A DNA stretch of 64,000 nt from Lingula anatina. Taxonomy: Eukaryota; Animalia; Brachiopoda. The DNA is taken from contig CM120641.1 in the NCBI GenBank assembly GCA_051362555.1, positions 24,558,401 to 24,622,400 on the forward strand, in the 5' to 3' direction. This document shows, one piece after another, positions 52,501 to 64,000 of this stretch. Each line of letters opens with the position of its first letter. Position 1 is the first letter of the stretch. A model generated the notes under the pieces. The model was not told the DNA's origin. It worked only from the letters and a program-made list of their open reading frames with translations, and ran no database searches. Position numbers and translations under genes: made by a program.

Positions 52501-55190
52501 AAATATACAAAGCAAACAATCTATCAAGCTATCTCAATGTTAAAAATGTATAAAACAGTAAGAAAAAAGGAATAGGAAGATAAAAGTCACAAGAGATTGA
52601 TACATGTGCTTGTAGGTCCAGCCTATGAAAAATCCAATATGGCAGCATTCCATGAGGCATACTGAAATCAAACTGATACTTTCAACATATTAATATCTAT
52701 TTATTATGAATGGGATAAGCAAACTTTATGAAATTTGGTTAGCTGATGCAGAGAAGTATAAATATAATTTTCATGGAAGCAAAATAAATGTATGAGTTAA
52801 AAAACCCACGATACAAAACACATTTATTTAAATTTGCTTGGAAATTTCCATTGATTCCTATGTAAATTTGATAAAAATCGATGTTCAAGCAGCCCTGGCT
52901 CAAAAACAAGCATGGTGTGGTACATATTTTTTTGTAAATTTCTTTGAGGTCTACCAAGATCTATAACATATCCACATAAAATTAAAATCGCTAGGGCAGA
53001 ATTTTTTATTTTTGCATTTTTCAGCAAAATTAAGGGCATTTTGGCAAAATCCCCATATAACGCAATGTAATAAACGTAGCGTTTTTCGGGACGCCACCTC
53101 TCGAAAACGAGCATGGTGACCCCCAATTTTTTTTTCATATTTTTTACTCATATGGTAAGAAGATTTTGTCTTACAATTTTAATCAAAATCGCTAGGGCAG
53201 AAATATGAAATCTGAAATATGAGAGAGCGTCCTTAAGTCTAAGTAGCCTGGGGTAAAGGATGAAAATTTAGGTCAGGTTCTTGGGGTTGTCAGCAGTTTT
53301 AACAGTTTTAAAAAACATGGGCCTTTTGTTTAATATTTTACTAAAAAAGGTAAACTCTGAAGACAATAGAAAGTGATACCAAAAATGTGTAGAATATCAA
53401 ATGTATAGAGCTGGTAACAGTTGTACATGATAATTATAAAGAGGGAGGAATTTATAAATGGGCATTTCCTCTCTGTTAGGCAAAGACATACCTCAGTAAA
53501 AATGTGTAATACCATAATTATAGGTTAGCATGTATCATATGAACCTGTGAGACACATCAAGATAAGAACATATTTTTCTAATACAAAACAAAATCTGACT
53601 ATTTAAAAAGTTGCATAGGCAAACAAACACTGAAAAGAAAATATCTTTAACTTGGGCATTGTTTTGGACAGGTTAAAGTAGGCAAGACACTTGTATTATC
53701 CAGAATTTTTCTTAGAAACTGATTATTCTACAAGGACTGGCTTCTGTCCTGAGGAGCATGCAGTCCCTATCCCAACCCCTCCCATCACCCCCTCTGACCT
53801 TTTTTTAAATATGGTACATTAGGGTTATTTTCCATAATATCCTAGCCACATAAAATATGCTCTCTGTGTTATGGCTGAAAAAAGAAATCTTTCAGATATA
53901 TCAGAACAGTTATACATTTCTCCAGTGTGACTTGATGAAAGAGCCAGGTAGAGTGTATACCTATCTAGGTGGATTCATCAATGACAAGATTTACTGTAAT
54001 GACGGAATCTTTTCATAGGGATTTTTACAGATGTTGAATTTTTTAGGTCATGAATTCTTAAAATTAGAACATTCCTATTGAGTAGTTGCAAAAAATAGCT
54101 ACCTTATAGCTCTATTCTATATGGTAAAAGTACCACAAATGCTATATAGAAATGTTATTTTAATTATTCCAAAATATTATTATGTATCTGAAAGATTGAT
54201 TATTTTTGCCCATTGAAAAGATCTAGTCATTACCGTAATGTTTGGATAAAGATTTTAAAAGTAGGGTAAGCTTTCTACACCAACTTCATTGAGCAGGATG
54301 TTTACTGTATTTAATAACTTTTATCAAGGATCTAGCATCCTTACTTCTGTCTCTTGGTATTCTTCCTCATCTAACTGGTTGTGGGTGAAGACCTCTGCCA
54401 TATCCAGCCCAAAATCCAACCACCATTTTTTCGCATCTTCTGCCAGTTCTTGGGGGCTTGTAGCATTTCCAAAGTGACTGAAAAAAATGTACTAATTGGC
54501 TGCCTGTTAGACATTTTACAAAATCTAATCACCAATTTCTTGCATCTTATGCCAGCAGTTTTGACCTGTTGCATTTATAAAATAACAATTACCCTTGTAA
54601 AAATTTAAGATGGTTTACTTCAATGTGGACATAGTAGCATACAGACACAGAGGTTAGTAGTACTCAAAATTTATGGAGATTATTTAATATGAATATATAT
54701 TTAATATAATATTAAGTTAATCTAACCAGCTAGGTATGCAAGAGGGGGGGAGGGTGTTTTTTGTGATTTTTACCTGAATTTACCACATGTATTCAGTGAA
54801 GTTAAATAAGGTGCGAAAAAATTATAAATATACATTATCTCATGCTTATAAAAGGAAAAAATTGAGTACTTTCTTATAGGTAACATCAACTCACCGTTGA
54901 AAATACTCTATGTGGCCAGGATCAATTGCTTTGAGGAGCCTGTCTCTAGCATCACTGTCTCTCTCCTTTATCAATGTTTTCAAGACATTAGCGAGAGCTC
55001 TGTCCTGTGCCGAGCAAATCTCAGTGTGGGACACATGAGCCACTAGTACGCCAATCAATGCCCCCATCAACAGAGCAAACACAAAGGCAATTATCACTTT
55101 TTTAATTGCCCCATTCCCAGGGGATGCACTAAGGAACATGTCATAACTGTGCCACTCATGGTTTAGTGCATAAGTCACATAACGTGCCAT
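41538..55190 (-). CDS. Divergent, probably catalytically inactive NAALADase/GCPII paralog (NAALADL2- or TfR-like pseudopeptidase), 16 coding exons, 713 aa
   Basis: Exons: 55190-54895, 54477-54345, 49685-49584, 48416-48288, 47028-46908, 46662-46587, 46215-46126, 45631-45543, 45185-45075, 44591-44518, 44150-44087, 43618-43437, 43060-42826, 42662-42581, 42262-42170, 41802-41538. All introns are GT-AG and the frame is open over 2142 nt. Motifs: TM helix, GDLIFANFG, GLILYP, HVGPGF, RGSIEPDQYVL, GWRPRRTLLFC, FADSMYLP, SLPGL. Exons of 64, 82 and 93 nt match the neighbour's lengths. The start codon choice is less certain. Confidence 0.88.
47452..47480. mobile_element. 29-bp perfect hairpin with a 7-bp flanking duplication (minimal TIR element or footprint)
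   Basis: ATCAGAC [CAGGGAATTATAT CCG ATATAATTCCCTG] ATTAGAC. Confidence 0.55.
49460..49508. repeat. (GA)n microsatellite
   Basis: Read directly. Confidence 0.95.
50317..53232. mobile_element. Non-autonomous Kolobok-like DNA transposon in intron 2 of the inactive paralog
   Basis: TTAA on both flanks, GG...CC termini, and an imperfect TIR (GGTAGTCCTCTCATATT / AATATGAGAGAGCGTCC). Subterminal regions are CpG-rich, with AAAATCGCTAGGGCAGAA repeated near 52985 and 53186. Confidence 0.75.
51250..52635. repeat. Diverged direct duplication (offset about 750 bp) inside the Kolobok-like element
   Basis: AAATCCTGTG, GGTCTAGATGGTCTTTATT, GAAATAAACTGATAA, TAGTAAGAAATTGATACATTGTT and AGCCTATGAAAAAT each recur about 740-770 bp apart. 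Confidence 0.85.
53994..54235 (+). mobile_element. TA-flanked MITE family D (Tc1/mariner/pogo-like), about 245 bp
   Basis: CTGTAATGAC...GTCATTACCG with TA on both flanks; shares GTAAAAG(C/T)ACCACAAATGCTA with the two other copies. Confidence 0.7.
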
Positions 55191-58100
55191 CTCTGGGTTG
55201 GGTAACTTCTGACAATTGTTTACCCACAAGATTTCATTGAAGATGTGTAATATGAACCTAAACCTTCGCAATTGTTTACATACAGCTTTTTTAAACAAGA
55301 AGTCCTGTCAACAAAATATTGTCCGGGTCAAAAATGTCAAACTAATTTGGACCATGTTCAGTATTTGGAGGACTCTAAAAGATCCCACCTCATCTGCTGC
55401 AACTCTCCTCTGGGTGCTGGAACAGAAGTGCAAAGCTGTGAAATGATTACATGAATGTGCATTGGGATATAAATGCATAATTTTTCCCCTGTCCCAAATC
55501 TAATTTAGCTGGGTTCCTGTGAAATGTTCAAGGAAATTATCTGTAATCAGGGGTTATCAGTTATTGAAAGCCGAGCTATACAGATAAAATTTATTGTGCA
55601 ACACCATTGGAAAACTCTACACCCATCTGTCTATCCACCCATCCATGTTTTTTTTTTAATGAATATTGTAACATACATTTTAATTCAAAGATAGAGAGAA
55701 CAATTTTAATCTACCGTTGAAGAAACGGTAATGTTTTAATAGTATACAGATATATACTAAAATAAAGTACTCTACTTGAATAAATTCTACAGCAATTACA
55801 TACAATTGTCACATGTACATGCAGCAGTATACTCACAGCCTTTGCTGAGGCTCCTTCTATAGAAGAAGAGTAAAAGCACAATAACATTACAAATAAAAAG
55901 CTGCACAGGCCAAGCCTCTTAAAAATTGAAAGTGTGTATCAAGCTTTATCTTGGATCACAAATAGGTGAAGGCATGGCCTTTCAAAGGTAATCCTCCCCT
56001 TTTATCGGCCTGAGGAAAGTTTAGATGACACCGGAGATAGATCAAGACATTTGCATATTGTCCACCAGATCAACCATACCAACCCTACCAAAACATATAC
56101 TTAACTGTTAGATGCAAAGGTTCACCTTCTAAATAATCTGATACATATTTTGCCTTCAGCCTTGGAACAAAACTTGTGAATACCTCAGTATGTTAACTTT
56201 TAGAAGTGTTTGCAGCCAGCACTCACTTTTTTTCACCAATACAAATATGACATTGACGATATGCACCAATAGTCGGCAAGATTAAACAGGATAACAGTCA
56301 GATCATGAACAGTTACAGTCATAAATTTTAGGACAGCACATAAAATTACAGTGCAAGTTGTGCGGCATATCATAGAGCTACTAGTCAAACCCAAAAGTAT
56401 AGCTTCAGCAGGGGCCGTAAAGACATGCAACTTGGTCACAGCATTGCAGAATTCTAGTTATAGTCTTGGACCACACATAGATTCCTATGCTTGTAAACAT
56501 TTTACACATGATATCCAGGATGGCAAAATATAATAAGCCAAGTTAATGGCAAATAAAAAGGGTGCTTTTCCTGTTAACAAATCCAAATGCAATAATGGTG
56601 ATTATAGGCACACTTTCAACTATCTAAACCATATACTGTGTCCCCCTTTCTAGCAATTTACTAGCTTTTTCTTTCTCATATTGCAATCAGAGCCATATAT
56701 TACAGATGATTGAAATTTTACAATACATTGGGGGTCCTTAAGGCACAAAAAGAACACAGGAGTATGAATGACAGTTACACACATTCAGCGAATCAGAATG
56801 TGGATAACTGTCATTTGTACTTCTGAGGCCATGTGTTTTTGGAAGTATGCACTTACACCCGAGGCAGCGACCATAAAACAAAACAACAGCCATAAACCAG
56901 AAACTGTGCACTGTATCAATCAAGACATGAAGGTATTTAGCTCACATCATCACACATCCCTATCATTAACTGACTGATAAAGATATGGCGTTTCAGGTAA
57001 ACAAGACAGTGAAGACAGCAACCTGTCTATGTCAAGACAACTGATAGATATACTGGTAACTGATCAATGGCAAATACAATTTCCATCTTTAGGGTAACCT
57101 GTTGATGCGAGGATTGCAGGTGCCCTTCTTATCTTGAATTATCTTAAATTTACTTACATGAGATATGTCGGGGTACATGTACAAATAGCATGCAAAAGTG
57201 CATATGCACCTGCATTACTGGTACATGACAAAATGCATGTGTGTGCACCTGCCCACTGTCTTCATCCTAGAAAGTTCAAATGGATCCTTCTTGACAGAAC
57301 AACCCAAGAAATAAAATAACCCAGGAGTTGAGCATACTTAAATACAATTCTGTAAAGTATGCACTGAACAAACTAACAGTTAATTATTATCGTTATCAGC
57401 TCAACTGTACTCATATCTTACATGATAGCCTTTAGATGACACTCACACTTTTTTTTATCCGTGTCATATGAGTACAACCTAATCTCAGACATCTAGCATG
57501 AAAATAATCAGAGATAGCCTGAAAAAATAAGGTTGTTGGTACTGCATGACATCATAAGGGACTAGAAAACATGCAACAATTTGCATATAGTGGGGTCATC
57601 TTTACAGTAATAAGGGTGAAACTCTATGCACCATGAATATCATCCTAGAAAACAATACAAAAACCAAAACACATAACACAGTGAATGCACAATATAAAAA
57701 TGTAATTCTACAAAGCTTGAAAAAAACAATAAGAAAAATATATATTGAATTATTTTGTCAGCTTTTACTGTTGCACCGCACATGCTTGTGTGTTATTATT
57801 TCTGACCCCACTTTCCTCCAAATCCCACAAATTCTTGTTTTACGCTCAGTTGTGTAACTTTGAGCCATTTTGTTTAATTCCTATGTTAGATATACTGGAA
57901 ATGCAAACATAAAACTACATTGAAGTAGAATTTAATTTCTGGTACCACTTTATTGTTACAGATATAATATTACATTATCTATTGAGAGTTATGCACCAGA
58001 CATTCTTTTTGGTGTGACAGCATTTTTCTAGCTAAAATTCAGGACATGTTTAGCACAAGATCTATTCTGATCAATATATTTGATAAAAAATATCTTCTTT

Positions 58101-58340
58101 AAGGTATCACAATAAAAATACTGCAATCATAAATGGTTTGCAAAACATATAACAAATACTAGCTCCTTCGATTATGTTACAGTTAAAAACAAATATTCAT
58201 AGGGACACGTGCATGATTATTAACTTGCCACAAAAATATATTCACCATGAAATAACAGATATCATTCCAGTCCCTCTTTTTTTTCTACAAAGATTAACTT
58301 TCCCCAGTAAGAACAGCCATGTATATGTGCAGATTAACCT

Positions 58341-58835
58341 TGTTAATGTGATTTAAACACAGCACAAGCGCTGCCTGCTTAGTTAAGCCATATGACGTAG
58401 TAAATGCTCCGCCTGTAGCCTTAGGCTACACAGAGGCCTTAAGCGCACCATTTCCACCGCTTAATTCAAAGCTAGCTTGAGTTGTGCAGCAGCACACGCA
58501 AAGCCGCCCTCCGTTTTGTATCACTGATTCCCACCCTCCCACCCTGTTGCTTGTTTATTTAGTCCTCCACATCTGTGTACAAGAATTATGCTTTGCTTTA
58601 TATATACTATATGTATGCTTAAGAATCAGCTTCATTTCCACCATTGGATAACAATATTTCATCCCACTGGTGGGACTTTATATTTTCATTTCACGATGGG
58701 CCTAATGTGTTTCTTTAAGCTTATTAAAGCTTATTGTTATTGGTTGTAGTTTTAGATGTAAGTCCTAGTGTAGTTAGTGACCAATAAACTATTCTAAGCC
58801 GGCGCTGTATGTTGTTGTTTAAATAAAATTTCACA
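58341..58835 (+). mobile_element. Possible solo LTR or small TG..CA element
   Basis: TGT...ACA ends with an imperfect terminal inverted match, a GC/CpG-rich 5' half, and AATAAA about 50 bp from the 3' end. The flanks AACCT/ATCAT are only 3/5 identical. Confidence 0.35.
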
Positions 58836-59842
58836 ATCATGTTAAGATATACAGCAAATCAGTGGATGGAATAAAATGCTGATTGAAAAGAAAAACCAAA
58901 CATTACATTCAATTTCTAAGAATCAAAAATCTGTTCGAGAAATGTTTAAAAAACTGTATTCATTTGTCACAGATATCAAAATCATAAAAAAGAAAATAAC
59001 ATATCTACATACTGTATATGATAATTTCTCTACCTCTCAAAGATATAACAAATGTGACAAAATACATCCAAAAGTATTAGTAAATCTGCTAACAGCTGTG
59101 GTTTTCTGCTTATTAATATGAAATATAATATTTTCTACATTTACTGTACATTCCATCAATGTACACATACTCTCACACACAAACATATATATACAAATAT
59201 ATGCGTTTCCATGTATTGTTCTGAGATATATACAAATATTCATACACAGATAGAAATACCTGTCAAAAGCTATATAGCAAAGTAACAAACTTGCTCAAAA
59301 TTTAAACCTTTGATATTTACCCATTTCTGTAAAATATGAATCATGGTAATAGGAATGTGACATATCTGGTTTCTTCAGGAATGCATATATTCATGATAAA
59401 AATCTGTCAGAAAAAATCTTTCGGGCTGACCTTCTAGATATGTGATAGAAACCAATACAAACTAATACAAAGAACTAACAAGGTGTAAATTGCAAATGGA
59501 ATGGACGGAAAACACTCAAACAAATTTCAACTCTCATTTGATAAAAAAAATCAAAACAAAAAGATACAGAGTATAAAAGTCAAAGTTAATGGAGGGCAAC
59601 ACTTATTTAAATGTCTTTAAGCTTTGCTTGATCTGAATATGATTTTGCATGTAACAGTTCAACAATTTTATGAATCAAATTCAGATCAATGCAATACAAC
59701 AATAATGGAATCCTATCACAGAAGAATAAAGAATAGTGTTCAAATTTTTTTACAAGCACCAAGAGCTCTTTAACTTAAATGTCACAACCATCAAATTCAC
59801 CTCTATCAATTCATTATATCCACCATAATATTATTCACTTTG

Positions 59843-60010
59843 CAGGCCTGTAGCCAGGGGGGTTTCGGGGGGTTCGAAAGAACCGCCCCTGTTCCCAGGA
59901 AAAGGTCCACTTTGGGTAAAATTTTATCTAGGTACACATAAGTTTCATTGTAAAAGGTCCACTTTTTCAGAAAAAGAACCCCCCTTTTTAATTTGCTGGC
60001 TACGGACCTG
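59843..60010 (+). mobile_element. MITE family B (168 bp, 5-bp TSD)
   Basis: TIR CAGGCCTGTAGCCAG...CTGGCTACGGACCTG; TSD CTTTG; AAAAGGTCCAC occurs twice internally. Confidence 0.85.
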
Positions 60011-60141
60011 CTTTGTATATGTCTTCATTAAAAATAGTGTCTGGCACATTTTTATAGACACCCACAGCTCTTTTGCTTAAAAACTGTTGTCATCAAAACC
60101 ACAACACCAAGGTAATCATTGTTGGTATTGTTATATCCATC

Positions 60142-63636
<3,495 letters not shown>

Positions 63637-64000
63637 ATCTGGAACAAAAACAAAGCAATTTATTGCATGCATACAAAAACAAACAAAATAATAATAATAA
63701 TAATAATAAACTAGACCCAGCTCACATACAGTTGTTCTTAACAACATGGCCAAAATTTGTAGTCTCCACAGATCCCTTAAAATCACTGGTGATCCACTGC
63801 TTATGTAAAAGTCAAAAATGACGATTAAGTCACAAAGACAGAGAGGTCGGGGGGGGGGGGGGGGGGGGCATGTTTTTTGACACTCATAAAAAGGCATATA
63901 AATACACCATCAAAATCAACATTTTCGATTTTCATTAATCACTATAATAAAGATCTAGCTGTTAACATTAATGAGTATATTCTATACTGTCTACATTTTC

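Overview
AT-rich, intron-containing animal DNA; the gene and transposon repertoire suggests a marine invertebrate such as a mollusc (inference only). I read four genes by hand using GT-AG junctions and frame continuity. (1) The last coding exon of a Prospero/PROX homeobox gene (+, 2165-2347), followed by about 20 kb without a recognisable gene. (2) A complete 18-exon M28B glutamate carboxypeptidase II/NAALADase-like gene (-, 25638-39029, 738 aa) with intact zinc ligands. (3) A tandem 16-exon paralog (-, 41538-55190, 713 aa) with an intact frame, a degraded catalytic site and a cytoplasmic YxxPhi motif, an architecture reminiscent of the transferrin receptor. (4) A 7-coding-exon PLEKHB/evectin-like PH-domain gene (-, 60142-63636, 354 aa). 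Mobile DNA includes an internally deleted ISL2EU element, a Mutator-like element with a 10-bp TSD carrying a LINE fragment, a Kolobok-like element, several short MITE families (three with 5-bp TSDs), foldback elements, a possible solo LTR, and mini/microsatellites. All family assignments rest on recalled motifs; no database search was run.
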